Origin: Cyanobium sp.
Lineage (GTDB): Bacteria > Cyanobacteriota > Cyanobacteriia > PCC-6307 > Cyanobiaceae
Reading direction: 5' to 3'
DNA: 64,000 nt
Assembly: GCA_044371095.1 (NCBI GenBank)
Contig: JBILUH010000002.1
Location: 18,227 to 82,226 of the forward strand
Shown here: one piece after another, positions 49,735-59,770 of the stretch
Numbering within the stretch: the first letter of the stretch is position 1
Layout: each line of letters starts with the position of its first letter
Position numbers and translations under genes: made by a program
Notes under the pieces: model-generated
Database searches by the model: none
The model's input: the letters and a program-made list of their open reading frames with translations, nothing else
What the model was told of the DNA's origin: nothing

Positions 49735-51924
49735 TCAGGAACGGGAGGCCCGCAGGATCTCGCCCCACAGACTGGCGGCCAGGGCGCTGCTGGCCCGGGT
49801 CGGGCGGTTGTCGTCGTTGCCCAACCAGACGCCCACCACCCAGCGGCGCTTAGGTTCATAGCCCACGAACAGCAGATCGCGGCTCTCATTGGTGGTGCCG
49901 GTCTTGCCGCCCTCCTGACCCCCGAGGCTGGCCGTCTGGCCGGTGCCACGTTGCACCACGGCCCGCAACAGCTGTTGCATCGCCTTGGCCGTGGCCGGGC
50001 TGGTGACGCGTCGACCCGGCTGGGCAGGTGCCTCGCCAGCTGCTGAATTCTCGTTGACAGCACCGGTCTGACGGCATTGACTCGACGATTGGCCGCTGCA
50101 GGCCTCCGCATCCGTGAGGCGTCGGATCGTGGTGGGGGCATGCCAGATGCCGTCGTTGGCGATGGCGGCGTAGGCGGCGGTGAGCTCCAGCAGAGTCACC
50201 TCGCTCTGGCCGAGGGCCAGCCCCGGCACGGCCGCCAGCGGGCTGGTGATGCCCAGGTCGCGGGCCTTCTGCACCAGCGCATCGAGACCCACCCGCTGGG
50301 CCAACCGCAGGGCTGCGGTGTTGCTGCTGATCGCGAAGGCTGACACCAAACTCAGGGAACCGCCACAGCCACTGGCGAAGCTCTGACCACGCCAGCGCAG
50401 CGGCGCACAGCTGATCCCATCCCCGGGGCGCAGGCCCCGCTCCAGAGCCACCAGATAGGGGATCAGCTTGAAGGTGCTGCCCGGTTGCCGCAGGGCCATG
50501 GAGGCCCGATTGAATTGGCTCTGGCGGTAATCGCGGCCCCCGGCAATCGCCAGGATGCCGCCGCTGCGAGCATCCATAACCACGACGGCGCCCTCGCTCA
50601 CCCCCAGACCGGAACTGGCCTGAAGCCTCTGGCGCAACAGCCGCTCAACCTGCTCCTGCAGGGAACGATCCAGGTGGGTGTCAATCAGAAAGTTGCCCTC
50701 GGCGGCTACCTCACCCCCCACCAGCTGATCGAGATCACGGCGCACCTGATCGGAGTAGAAGGGCACGCCCCGCTGAGCCGGGCTGCTCCGGCAGGCCTGG
50801 CGCGACAGACGGATGGGACTGCGGCGGCCTCTGCGCGCCTGGTCGGCGGAGAGGCGCCCGGTTTCGCCCATCTTGCTGAGCACGGCGTTGCGCGCGTCCA
50901 GGGCCGCCTGGGGATCAAAACAGGGGTCGTAGCCGTTGGGGGAGGGCAACAGCCCGACCAGCAAAGCTGCTTCCTCCAGGCGCAGAGCGGAGGCGGGCTT
51001 GCCGAAGTAGTGGCGGGAGGCGTCCTCGAAGCCCCAGCCGACGCCGAGATACACGCGGTTGAGATAGCTGAGCAGCAAGTCCCTCTTGCTGAAGCGGGCT
51101 TCCAGCTGCAGAGCCACCAGCAGTTCCCGCCACTTGCGGCCGAGGGTCTCGCCCTGGCCCACCTGATCGGGATACAGGCTGCGGGCCAGTTGCTGAGTGA
51201 GGGTGCTGCCTCCCTCCAACACCCTGCCGCCGAGCACGTTGGTCACCAGGGCCCGCGCCGTGCCCACCGGGTCGACGCCTGGATGCCACCAGAAGCGGCT
51301 GTCCTCACTGGCCAGCAGCGCATCGATCAGCACCGCCGGATAGTCGCGTAGGGCCTGGCGCTCCCGATGTTCGAGGGCATCGGCCGTGGTGATGGGCTTG
51401 CCCTGGCGGTCGTAGAGGACCAGCGGACCACGCACCGTGGCCAGGCTGCCGCGGATCGGTGTTTGCACCGCGGAGAGGGCCAGCAGGCCGAGCCCGCCAA
51501 CGGCCACGGCTGCCAGCACCAGGCTGGCGCCCCGCAGCAACCGCTGCAGCTGGGGCAGTGGTCGGATCTGAAAGTCCAGTTCCGGCAGGCCCGCCTCCTG
51601 GGTGGGGCCGAAGCGGAGGCTGTCGCCGTCGCGCAGCAACAGCTGCTGCACGCGCCGGCCTTGCCACCAGAGGCCGTTGGTGGAATTCTGGTCGCTCAGC
51701 AGCCAGTGCTGGCCGCGCCGTTCGAGCAGGGCATGGCGCCGGCTGACCGCCTGATGGTCGATGCAGATCTGACAGTCGTTGTCGCGGCCGATGCGGTAGG
51801 CACCCGGATGGAGGGGCAACAGGCGTGAGGGCTGGCCGGGCTGGTGAATGCGCAGCTGGGCCTGGCCCGGTTGGTTGAACCGCTCCCAGCGGTGGCGCAG
51901 GGCCTCAAGGGCGGGGTTGGCCAT
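49735..51924 (-). CDS. class A penicillin-binding protein (transglycosylase/transpeptidase) with N-terminal FHA domain
   Basis: From ATG 51924 there is an FHA domain (YRIGRDNDCQICIDHQAVSRRHALL...STNGLWWQG) and a TM segment. These are followed by GT51 EDSRFWWHPGVD and the transpeptidase motifs STFK, SSN and KTGTT. Confidence 0.88.
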   Translation of the reverse strand: MANPALEALRHRWERFNQPGQAQLRIHQPGQPSRLLPLHPGAYRIGRDNDCQICIDHQAVSRRHALLERRGQHWLLSDQNSTNGLWWQGRRVQQLLLRDGDSLRFGPTQEAGLPELDFQIRPLPQLQRLLRGASLVLAAVAVGGLGLLALSAVQTPIRGSLATVRGPLVLYDRQGKPITTADALEHRERQALRDYPAVLIDALLASEDSRFWWHPGVDPVGTARALVTNVLGGRVLEGGSTLTQQLARSLYPDQVGQGETLGRKWRELLVALQLEARFSKRDLLLSYLNRVYLGVGWGFEDASRHYFGKPASALRLEEAALLVGLLPSPNGYDPCFDPQAALDARNAVLSKMGETGRLSADQARRGRRSPIRLSRQACRSSPAQRGVPFYSDQVRRDLDQLVGGEVAAEGNFLIDTHLDRSLQEQVERLLRQRLQASSGLGVSEGAVVVMDARSGGILAIAGGRDYRQSQFNRASMALRQPGSTFKLIPYLVALERGLRPGDGISCAPLRWRGQSFASGCGGSLSLVSAFAISSNTAALRLAQRVGLDALVQKARDLGITSPLAAVPGLALGQSEVTLLELTAAYAAIANDGIWHAPTTIRRLTDAEACSGQSSSQCRQTGAVNENSAAGEAPAQPGRRVTSPATAKAMQQLLRAVVQRGTGQTASLGGQEGGKTGTTNESRDLLFVGYEPKRRWVVGVWLGNDDNRPTRASSALAASLWGEILRASRS

Positions 51925-52372
51925 GGCTCCCCAGCAGGTCGATGGCGAAGCAGAGCACCGCCAGGTTGATCGCCACATCGGCGAGATTGAACACGGGGAA
52001 GGAGACCGGCACCAGGGCCAGGAAATCGACGACGTAGCCCAGCCGCCAGCGATCCAACCCGTTGCCGATGGCGCCGCCCAGCACCAGCCCCACCCCCAAC
52101 CAGCGGGCCGGAACCAGGGCACCCTGCCGCTGAATCCAAACGACCACCCCCAGGGCCACCAGCAGGCTGACCAGACCGAGCAGCTCCGGGTGGCCGGTGA
52201 ACAGGCTGAAGGCGGCGCCGGTGTTACGGGTGAGGTGCAGATCCAGCAGGCCCGGCCACAGCGAACTGGTGCCAAACCGGGGCAGCTTGGCCACGGCCCA
52301 GGCCTTGCTGAGTTGGTCCACCAGCACCACCAGGCCGGCCGTGGCGTAGGCCAGGGAGCGGGACCGTCTCAT
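51905..52372 (-). CDS. lspA: lipoprotein signal peptidase II
   Basis: 155 aa from ATG 52372 with NTGAAFS and FPVFNLADV motifs and four TM helices. The ATG overlaps the bioY stop (ATGA). Confidence 0.88.
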   Translation of the reverse strand: MRRSRSLAYATAGLVVLVDQLSKAWAVAKLPRFGTSSLWPGLLDLHLTRNTGAAFSLFTGHPELLGLVSLLVALGVVVWIQRQGALVPARWLGVGLVLGGAIGNGLDRWRLGYVVDFLALVPVSFPVFNLADVAINLAVLCFAIDLLGSHGQPRP

Positions 52373-52944
52373 GGTTCCACCAACAGCAGCCGGCGCAACA
52401 GCAGGGCGACCACGGCGACTCCGCAGCACAGCAGCAGCTGGGGCAGCAGGGGGGCAACGCTGTAGTTGATCAACAGCACGCCGAGGTTGGGCCCCCAGCG
52501 GCCCGCCAGAGCGCCCAGCAGCAGGTTGGCGATCCCGCACAGTTGCAGCACACCCAGGCCCACCACCGCTGCCCCAAGCAGGCTGAGCAGATCGTCCATG
52601 CCCGGTTGGCGAGCCAGCTTGCCGGTGAGCCAGGCGGCGGGAATGAAGCCGGCCAGGTAGCCGAAACCGGGGTCGAGCAGGTAGGCGGCGCCGCCGCCGC
52701 CATGGAACACCGGCAGCTGGAACAGCCCCAGGCTGAGGTAGGCGACCGCTGCCAACATGGCGCTGCGGGGTCCGCAGACCAGGGCGGTGAGCAGCAACGC
52801 CGGCACCTGCAGAGTGATCGGCAGGGTGGCCAGGCTCCAGGCGCCGTTGGCCGCAGGCAGGGGTGCGGCGGCCTGGATCAGTCCCCCCACCAGGATCAGC
52901 AACAGGCCGGCGATGGCGCCGCTCCAGGTGGCTAGGGCCCGCAA
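52369..52944 (-). CDS. bioY: BioY-family biotin transporter
   Basis: Multi-TM protein containing LQVPALLLTALVCGPRSA...DPGFGYLAGFIPAAW. The start is placed at in-frame TTG 52944; the longer track ORF overlaps the divergent DUF3148 gene. Confidence 0.7.
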   Translation of the reverse strand: MRALATWSGAIAGLLLILVGGLIQAAAPLPAANGAWSLATLPITLQVPALLLTALVCGPRSAMLAAVAYLSLGLFQLPVFHGGGGAAYLLDPGFGYLAGFIPAAWLTGKLARQPGMDDLLSLLGAAVVGLGVLQLCGIANLLLGALAGRWGPNLGVLLINYSVAPLLPQLLLCCGVAVVALLLRRLLLVEP

Positions 52945-53022
52945 CTGATCCCGTCGTGTCTGCGACCATTTTGGGGGGTCGTGCCACCAGGGCCGCTCCC
53001 TTCTCCCCCCCCACCAGCCGGT

Positions 53023-53286
53023 ATGGACCAAGCCACAAGCCCGGAGCCTCTTGCGCCCCAGTCCTTTGTGGTGGGCGACACCGTGCAGCTGAAGGGGCGG
53101 CTGCAGTACCTCAAAACCGCCGATCCGATGCCGATGCTGCGCCCCCCCGATCTGGTGGATCCGGAGGAGCTGGGCGAGGTGCTTGGGCTCAAAGCGCGCA
53201 ACCAGCTGGCGGTCCGCTTTCGCCGGGGGACCTTTCTGATCGAGGCCGATCAGCTCCAGCCCCATCAGCCCCACAAAGCCGACTGA
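53023..53286 (+). CDS. DUF3148-like conserved cyanobacterial protein
   Basis: FVVGDTVQLKGRLQYLKTADPMPMLRPPDL...VRFRRGTFLIEADQL. The family name is from memory. Confidence 0.6.
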   Translation: MDQATSPEPLAPQSFVVGDTVQLKGRLQYLKTADPMPMLRPPDLVDPEELGEVLGLKARNQLAVRFRRGTFLIEADQLQPHQPHKAD

Positions 53287-53297
53287 TCAGCGGATCA

Positions 53298-54596
53298 TCA
53301 GCGGCTGAGAGCATGGCCCTGCCAGGCCTGCTCGGCGGCAGCCAGGGCCTGCGGCGGTCCGCAGAGGCTCAAGGCCGGCTGGGTCAGTCGCCGTTGGGCG
53401 GCCGCCAACAGGGCCGGGGCGTCGAGCTGCTGGGCCCGTTCGAGGGTGTCCTGCACATAGGTCATGCCCAGGCCATGGCCGAGCACCAGGGCCTGGCGAT
53501 CGGCGATCTGGCCGCAGGTCTGCCGCCCCATGGCGTCCTGACCGCGGTACTTGGCTTTGGCCAGGGCCAGCTCGTCGTCGCTCAGCGGCTGCTCCAGCAG
53601 GCGACCCCATTCGTCGAGCAGGGCCGCGGTGGCTTCGGCCGCCCGTTCCGCCGAGGTGGACAGGTGCCAGATGAAGGGGGTTGCCCCGCGCCGCGCCGGC
53701 ATGTGAACGCCCACGTCATAGGCCAGGCCGCGGTCCTCCCGCATCGTCACAAACAATCGGCTGGACATGCCCATACCGAGGTGGGCCTGCAGCAGCCGCA
53801 GGGCCAGCCCATCGGGATCCCCCAGGGGCACGGTGGCCGCCCCCAGCATCAACACCAATTGCTCGGTGTCCTGCTCCAGGCTGGTGAAGCGCTGGCTGCA
53901 GCCTGGCGCCTGCGGGCCTGGCCCCGGCAGGGGCGCGGCGGTGGACCAGGGGCTGCGCCCCAGCCAGGGGTTGAGCAGATCCGGCAGCCCAACGCCCAGA
54001 TCGCCGCAGGCCACCAGCAGCGCACCGTCGTGACCGAGGACCGGCACCAGCTGGCTGATCTGGTCGCGGCCGATCGCGGCCAACTCCTCTTCCACCCCCA
54101 GGGGATCGTGACCGTAGGGACCCTGGCCGTAGAGCTGGTGGCGCAGCTGGTCGTGGGCCAATTGGAAGGGATCCTCCCGCTGGCGCTGCAGGCTCTGGAG
54201 GTTGAGACCACGCTCAAGGTCGAGTTGATCGCGGCTCAGCCAGGGCTCCCGCGCCATGGCCAGCAACAGGGGCAGTAGCTCGGGGGCATCACTGCTGGCG
54301 CATTTGAGGCTCAGCACCAGGCTGTCCTCCGAGGCTTCACAGCGCAGGGCCGCACCCCGGCCTTCCACAAGGTCGGCCAGGGCTTCGGCGTTGTAGTCAC
54401 CACAGCCGCGTGTGAGGAGACCGGCGAGCAGCTGGGCAGCGCCCCGCTCGCCTGGGCGATCGCCACTGCTGCCGCCGCGGATCCAGAGGCGACAGGCCAC
54501 GATCGCCGGCCCCGGTCGACGCTGCCACACCAGGGGCAGACCCCCCTCCAGGGTCGTGTTCTGCCAGGTGCCTGACGGGCATAGGGATTGCGTCAT
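53298..54596 (-). CDS. M16-family peptidase-like protein, non-catalytic partner (no HxxEH)
   Basis: From ATG 54596 the fold is collinear with M16, but AQLLAGLLTRG stands where HxxEH would be. There is an ATGA overlap with the upstream M16 gene. Confidence 0.8.
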   Translation of the reverse strand: MTQSLCPSGTWQNTTLEGGLPLVWQRRPGPAIVACRLWIRGGSSGDRPGERGAAQLLAGLLTRGCGDYNAEALADLVEGRGAALRCEASEDSLVLSLKCASSDAPELLPLLLAMAREPWLSRDQLDLERGLNLQSLQRQREDPFQLAHDQLRHQLYGQGPYGHDPLGVEEELAAIGRDQISQLVPVLGHDGALLVACGDLGVGLPDLLNPWLGRSPWSTAAPLPGPGPQAPGCSQRFTSLEQDTEQLVLMLGAATVPLGDPDGLALRLLQAHLGMGMSSRLFVTMREDRGLAYDVGVHMPARRGATPFIWHLSTSAERAAEATAALLDEWGRLLEQPLSDDELALAKAKYRGQDAMGRQTCGQIADRQALVLGHGLGMTYVQDTLERAQQLDAPALLAAAQRRLTQPALSLCGPPQALAAAEQAWQGHALSR

Positions 54597-55861
54597 GCCG
54601 GCACCGCCTCGAGGACGCAGGCCGCCGCTGGATCCAGCAGAGGAACCACGCGCTGCACCAGCTGCTCCCGATCCCAGCGATCGATGTCCTCCAGGGGCTG
54701 GCTCAACCCATGCCGCCGCCCCCAGAGCCGGTTGTTGCCGATCAGACCGGCCACGCCGCCGGCGGCCTCCAGACCGAAGCGATAGCCGTTGGCCACCAGC
54801 CGCTGAGCGCGCTGCCATTCGGCCTCCGGCAGCCCGTCCTGCTGCAGCTGCGCCCACACCTCAGCGATGGCCTGACGGACCGCCGGCAGCTCGTCGGTTT
54901 CGCAGATCGCCTCCAACAGGGCAAAACTGCCGCTCTCCATCACATGCAGATCCAGATCGACACTCTCCACAATGCGCAGCTGCTCCCGCAAGCGCTCCAC
55001 CAGGCGGCTGCGGCGTCCTTCGGCCAGGACAGTGGTGAGGAGGTCGGCGCCCATCACCCCGTGCAGATCGGCTGCCGGCGGGACCCCCCAGAGCATCAGC
55101 AACCGGGCTGATTCCAGCCGGGGTACCACCAGGCGGTGTTCACCGGGCTGTATGGCCAGGGGAGTCCGGGCCGAGGGCTCCGGCACCGCCGGCAGGCCGG
55201 CCAGAGCGCTGCGCTCCAGGCGATCGCCCAGGGCGGCGGGCTCCACGGCACCGCTGAGGGCCAGCACGCAGCGGTTGGCACCGTAGAGACGCTGATGGAA
55301 GCCGGCCATGGCTTCGGGCGTCTGGTCCAGAAGCAGCTGCCGTTGGCCCAGAATCGGTTCGCCGTAGGCGTGGCCAGGGCAGCCCAGCCGCAACAGCTGC
55401 TGCAGGGCAATTTCATCCGGCTGGTCCTCGCTCTGGGCCAGCTCTTCGAGCACCACCTGGCGCTCCATCGCAAAGGCATCGCTCTCCAGCCGCGGGTGCA
55501 GCACGAGATCCAGCAGCAGATCCAGGGCGTCGGCAGCGGCCTCCGGCGGAATCAGCACGTGGTAGTGGACATCGTCAAAGCCGGTGGCGGCGTTGCTGTT
55601 GCCGCCCATCGCCTCGATCCGCAGGTCGAATTCCCCCGGTCCCAGACGCTCGCTGCCCTTGAACACCATGTGCTCGAGGAAGTGGGCCATGCCGCTCTCC
55701 CCGGGCCCCTCGAACACACTGCCGGCCCGGCACCAGAAGTCGAGGCACACGAGGGGGGAGTCGGCCAGGGGCAGGTGGACCACGGTGGCGCCGTTGGCCA
55801 GCCTGTGATCACGGGGAGAGGCCAGACCTGGCAACAGGGGCTCGGACGGGGCCAGGGTCAA
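54593..55861 (-). CDS. M16-family zinc peptidase (catalytic subunit)
   Basis: 422 aa with the zinc motif [13 protein letters not shown]. Confidence 0.88.
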   Translation of the reverse strand: MTLAPSEPLLPGLASPRDHRLANGATVVHLPLADSPLVCLDFWCRAGSVFEGPGESGMAHFLEHMVFKGSERLGPGEFDLRIEAMGGNSNAATGFDDVHYHVLIPPEAAADALDLLLDLVLHPRLESDAFAMERQVVLEELAQSEDQPDEIALQQLLRLGCPGHAYGEPILGQRQLLLDQTPEAMAGFHQRLYGANRCVLALSGAVEPAALGDRLERSALAGLPAVPEPSARTPLAIQPGEHRLVVPRLESARLLMLWGVPPAADLHGVMGADLLTTVLAEGRRSRLVERLREQLRIVESVDLDLHVMESGSFALLEAICETDELPAVRQAIAEVWAQLQQDGLPEAEWQRAQRLVANGYRFGLEAAGGVAGLIGNNRLWGRRHGLSQPLEDIDRWDREQLVQRVVPLLDPAAACVLEAVPA

Positions 55862-55868
55862 GGCTCAG

Positions 55869-56654
55869 ATGCGTGGCAGGATCTGCATTCTGCTGGCTGC
55901 ACCCCCTGCCGTGAGTTCCGCCCCCGCTTCCTCCCAGGCTTCCGGCATCCATCCGCTGGTCGACGCCCTGGCGGAGCGGATTCGCCAGTCGTGGCAAACC
56001 CTGCCCGAGCTAGCCCCCCTGGCGGTCGATCCGGAGCTGGAGGCCATCAGCGGCAGTCTTGATGGCGAGGCCCTGTTCATCAGAAACGAACTGCGCCAGT
56101 GCCGAGGGTTACGCAAACTGCATCTGGAGACAGCGCGCCTCGGAGCAGGGCTGCAGATCCTGCATTGCGTGCTGTTTCCCGACCCGCGCTTCGATCTGCC
56201 GGTGTTCGGCGCCGATATCGTGGCTGGCCCAGCAGGGGTGTCGGCCGCCATCGTTGACCTCTCGCCGGTGCTGGGGGAGCTGCCAGCGGGCATTGCCACC
56301 GCCCTTGCGGCCCGGCCTCGTACCACCTACAGCCAGGAGCGGGAGCTGCCCGGCTGGGGATCGATCTTTTCCCCCTTTGTGCGCTTTGTACGACCCACCA
56401 GCCCAGAGGAGGAGAAGGCTTTTGTGGATGAGGTGAGCAGCGTTCTGGATGTGTTGGCGGATGCCATCGCCGCCGCCGAGCCTCAGGCCCCGGATCATCC
56501 GGCTACGGTTGAACGCTGGGAAGGGCAGCTCCGGTATTGCAAGCATCAGAAACAAAACGACAAGACGCGTCGGGTGCTGGAGAAGGCCTTCAACCCCGCA
56601 TGGGCCGACCGCTACATCGAGGAACTGCTGTTCGACGATCCGCCGGCTCTGTGA
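55869..56654 (+). CDS. pcyA: phycocyanobilin:ferredoxin oxidoreductase
   Basis: [53 protein letters not shown] and [19 protein letters not shown] match PcyA closely, from memory of the Synechocystis protein. Confidence 0.88.
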   Translation: MRGRICILLAAPPAVSSAPASSQASGIHPLVDALAERIRQSWQTLPELAPLAVDPELEAISGSLDGEALFIRNELRQCRGLRKLHLETARLGAGLQILHCVLFPDPRFDLPVFGADIVAGPAGVSAAIVDLSPVLGELPAGIATALAARPRTTYSQERELPGWGSIFSPFVRFVRPTSPEEEKAFVDEVSSVLDVLADAIAAAEPQAPDHPATVERWEGQLRYCKHQKQNDKTRRVLEKAFNPAWADRYIEELLFDDPPAL

Positions 56655-57568
56655 AAGCGGCCCTGCAGAACGTGCCGAGGCTGTGGTGGCTTGCAGGTGG
56701 CGCTGTGATGGTGGTCCTGAGCGCTCTGATGGTCAGTCGGCAGCAGCGTCCAGCCCCTGTCCCCGCCGCACCTGTCAGCCAGGTGCCCCGCCCGTCGGAG
56801 GCCGTCGCCGCCCTGGGCCGGCTTGAACCAGCCGGAGACGTGCGCTTGCTGGCTGCCCCGATCAGTGGCATCGGTGGCAGCCCCCGCATCACCCAACTGC
56901 TGGTGGAGGAGGGCGACACCGTGCGGAGCGGCCAGCTCCTGGCCCGTTTTGACACGGCGCCCAGCCTGCTTGCCCAGCAGCGCCTGCTCGATGCCCGCAT
57001 CCGCAACTTCGACACCCGGCTGCAGGTGCAGACCCGCGACATCCGTCGCTATCGCCAGCTCAGCCGCTCCGGTGCCATTCCCAGTGGTGAGCTCGACACC
57101 CGCGAAACCGCCCTGCTCGAGCTGCAGGGTGAACGCACCGAAGCCTGGGCTGAGCGGGAGAAGGTCAAAGCGGAGTTGCTGCTCACCGAACTGCGGGCGC
57201 CGATCGCCGGCACGGTGTTGAAGCTCCATGCCCGGGTGGGCGAACGACCAGCCGACAAGGGCGTGCTCGAGTTGGGGGCCAGTGATCGGATGCAGGCGCT
57301 GGTGGAGGTCTATGAGAGCGACATTGACCGGGTGCGCCTGGGCCAGGCCGTTTCCCTGATCAGCGAGAACGGTGGCTTTCAGGGCAAGTTGAGCGGCGAA
57401 GTGATTCGGATCAGCCCCCAGGTGCGGCAGCGCTCGGTGCTCTCCACCGATCCCACCGGCGATGCCGATGCCCGCGTGGTGGAGGTGCGGGTGGCCCTCA
57501 CGTCTGCCGATAGTCAGCGGGTGCGGGATCTCACCGGGCTCAAGGTGATCGCCCGGCTGGGTCGCTGA
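56651..57568 (+). CDS. devB: ABC exporter membrane-fusion protein, DevB family
   Basis: The GTG start forms a GTGA overlap with the pcyA stop. The protein has a TM anchor followed by an HlyD-type coiled-coil and barrel. Confidence 0.8.
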   Translation: MKAALQNVPRLWWLAGGAVMVVLSALMVSRQQRPAPVPAAPVSQVPRPSEAVAALGRLEPAGDVRLLAAPISGIGGSPRITQLLVEEGDTVRSGQLLARFDTAPSLLAQQRLLDARIRNFDTRLQVQTRDIRRYRQLSRSGAIPSGELDTRETALLELQGERTEAWAEREKVKAELLLTELRAPIAGTVLKLHARVGERPADKGVLELGASDRMQALVEVYESDIDRVRLGQAVSLISENGGFQGKLSGEVIRISPQVRQRSVLSTDPTGDADARVVEVRVALTSADSQRVRDLTGLKVIARLGR

Positions 57569-58740
57569 TGCTGGGGCGTTTCTGGCGGAGCCGGCGCATT
57601 CCGCTGGCGTGGCTGCTGCTGACCCGGCAGCCGGTGCGCTTGCTGGTGGCCCTGGCCGGGATCGCTTTCGCCGGCATTCTGATGTTCATGCAGCTGGGCT
57701 TCCGCGACGGGCTGTTTGACGCCAGCGTCACGATCCACCGGCTCTTTGACACCGACCTGGTGCTGATCAGCCCGCGCTCCAGCAGCTCGGTGAGCATGGC
57801 CGGATTTCCCAGTCGCCGGCTCGTGCAGGCCATGGCCGATCCCGCCGTGGAGGGCATCACGCCAGTGCACTGGAACCTGCTGCTCTGGCGCAATCCGGAC
57901 ACCCGCGCCACCCGCTCGATCCTCACCCTGGGGTTTGAGCCGAGTGATCCCCTGTTCACCGATCCCTCGCTGGCCCCCAAGGCCAAGCTGCTCAAAGACC
58001 GGGGTCGGGTGCTCTTCGACGAGCGCTCCAGGCCCGAATTCGGCCCGGTGGCGGAGTGGTTTCGCAGCGGCCGCACGGTGGAGAGCGAAATCGGCGGTCA
58101 GCGGGTCCGGGTGGCCGGGCTTGTAGGCCTGGGCACCTCGTTCGGGGCCGACGGCAACCTGCTCACCAGCCACGAGACCTATCTGCAGCTCCTACCGAAC
58201 ACACCACCGGGGAGTATCGAAGTGGGGCTGATCCGGCTAAATCCTGGCTCCGATGTGACGGCAGTGGTGGAGAGGCTGAAAGGGCGTCTGCCCGCCGATG
58301 TCACCGTGCTCACCAAGGAAGGCTTCATCGCCTTCGAGCAGAACTACTGGCGCACCAGCACTTCAATCGGCTTCATTTTCACCTTGGGCGCCGCCATGGG
58401 ATTCGTGGTGGGTTGCGTGATCGTGTATCAGATCCTGTATTCCGACGTGAGTGATCACCTGCCGGAATACGCCACGTTGATGGCGATGGGCTATCGCCTG
58501 CCCAGCCTGCTCGGGGTTGTGGCCCGAGAGGGCCTGCTGTTGGCCACCTTCGGCTACCTGCCGGCCTACGCGGCCGTCCAGGGCCTCTACTGGCTGGTGC
58601 GCAACGCCACCCAGCTGCCGGTGGCCATGAACCCGACCCGGGCCCTGACCGTGTTCACCATGATCCTGGTGATGTGCATGGCGTCGGCAGCCCTGGCGAT
58701 GCGCCGGCTCGCCGATGCCGATCCGGCGGAGATCTTTTGA
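57568..58740 (+). CDS. devC: ABC exporter permease, DevC family (FtsX-like)
   Basis: 390 aa with an N-terminal TM helix, a large periplasmic loop and a C-terminal FtsX-type 3-TM domain. Confidence 0.85.
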   Translation: MLGRFWRSRRIPLAWLLLTRQPVRLLVALAGIAFAGILMFMQLGFRDGLFDASVTIHRLFDTDLVLISPRSSSSVSMAGFPSRRLVQAMADPAVEGITPVHWNLLLWRNPDTRATRSILTLGFEPSDPLFTDPSLAPKAKLLKDRGRVLFDERSRPEFGPVAEWFRSGRTVESEIGGQRVRVAGLVGLGTSFGADGNLLTSHETYLQLLPNTPPGSIEVGLIRLNPGSDVTAVVERLKGRLPADVTVLTKEGFIAFEQNYWRTSTSIGFIFTLGAAMGFVVGCVIVYQILYSDVSDHLPEYATLMAMGYRLPSLLGVVAREGLLLATFGYLPAYAAVQGLYWLVRNATQLPVAMNPTRALTVFTMILVMCMASAALAMRRLADADPAEIF

Positions 58741-59468
58741 TGGATCGGGATCGTCTCGAAGGTGGGTCTGCTGCGTCCGGCGCGGTGGTGCAGGTGGCCG
58801 GGTTGAGCCACTGGTATGGGTCCGGTTCCATGCAACGGCAGGTGCTGCAGTCGGTTGATCTGGCCATTGCCCCCGGCGAGGTGGTGCTGCTCACCGGCCC
58901 CTCCGGGTGCGGCAAGACCACCCTGCTCACCCTGGTGGGAGCCCTGCGCCAGGTGCAGGCGGGATCGGTGCAGGTGTTCGGTGAAGAGCTGCACGGCGCG
59001 GGTCGGACCTCCCGCCAGCAACTCAGGCGCCGCATCGGCATGATCTTTCAGGGTCACAACCTGCTGCGCTGCCTGAGTGCCGAGCAGAACGTGCAGATGG
59101 GCGCTGACCTGCTGCCGGGACTGGGGTATCGGGCCCGTCGGGATCGCGCCCGGGAATGGTTGCGGGCGGTGGGTTTGGGGGATCACCTGGGCAAATTGCC
59201 CCACGATCTCTCCGGCGGCCAGAAGCAGCGGGTGGCGATTGCTCGGGCCTTGGCCGCCCGGCCCCAGTTGCTGCTGGCCGACGAACCCACCGCGGCCCTC
59301 GATTCCCGCAGCGGCCGCGAGGTGGTGGATCTGCTCAAAGGGCTGGCACGGGAGCAGGGCTGTGGCGTGTTGATGGTGACCCACGATCCCCGCATCCTCG
59401 ATGTGGCCGACCGGCTGGTGCAGATGGAGGATGGCCAGCTCAGCCAGGGGACAACGTCCATTGAGTAG
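58740..59468 (+). CDS. devA: ABC exporter ATP-binding protein, DevA family
   Basis: The ATG overlaps the devC stop (TGATG). Walker A GPSGCGKTT, signature LSGGQKQR and Walker B LLLADEPT are present. Confidence 0.9.
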   Translation: MDRDRLEGGSAASGAVVQVAGLSHWYGSGSMQRQVLQSVDLAIAPGEVVLLTGPSGCGKTTLLTLVGALRQVQAGSVQVFGEELHGAGRTSRQQLRRRIGMIFQGHNLLRCLSAEQNVQMGADLLPGLGYRARRDRAREWLRAVGLGDHLGKLPHDLSGGQKQRVAIARALAARPQLLLADEPTAALDSRSGREVVDLLKGLAREQGCGVLMVTHDPRILDVADRLVQMEDGQLSQGTTSIE

Positions 59469-59503
59469 GGTGAGAACTCGCATCTCTCTCTTTCGCCGTA
59501 CGC

Positions 59504-59659
59504 ATGTCCAAGCGCAGGAATCTCAAGAAGGAAAAACAGGAGCGCAACCGCGCCTACGCGCGCAAGTTCAAGAAGCGCAAGCTGCGCAACGACGGCCGTG
59601 GTGAAGGAGCCGGCAACGGTGTGACCGGTACAGCCAACAACGGCGGCGCAGCCGACTGA
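59504..59659 (+). CDS. candidate 51-aa highly basic mini-protein
   Basis: Manual translation gives MSKRRNLKKEKQERNRAYARKFKKRKLRNDGRGEGAGNGVTGTANNGGAAD-stop. It falls below the ORF-track cutoff. A strong terminator follows 25 nt downstream. I saw no obvious SD. Confidence 0.45.
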   Translation: MSKRRNLKKEKQERNRAYARKFKKRKLRNDGRGEGAGNGVTGTANNGGAAD

Positions 59660-59683
59660 GCCGGGCGCTCCAGGCTCCGCGTC

Positions 59684-59709
59684 AGGGGATCCTGCGGGGT
59701 CCCCTTTTT
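59684..59709 (+). terminator. Rho-independent terminator
   Basis: AGGGGAUCC-UGCG-GGGGUCCCCU forms a 9-bp stem with one G-U pair, followed by a U-run. Confidence 0.75.
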
Positions 59710-59770
59710 GCTGTTCCGCTTTGCTGTTTCGTTCGTCTCGGCGGCGACCCCCACCTTTCAGGCGCCCACG

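Noticed and set aside
51925-52275. N-terminal 117 codons of the 846-aa track ORF (W/C/S-rich)
   Set aside because: This part overlaps lspA, which has clear motifs in another frame. The PBP begins at ATG 51924, directly before its FHA domain.
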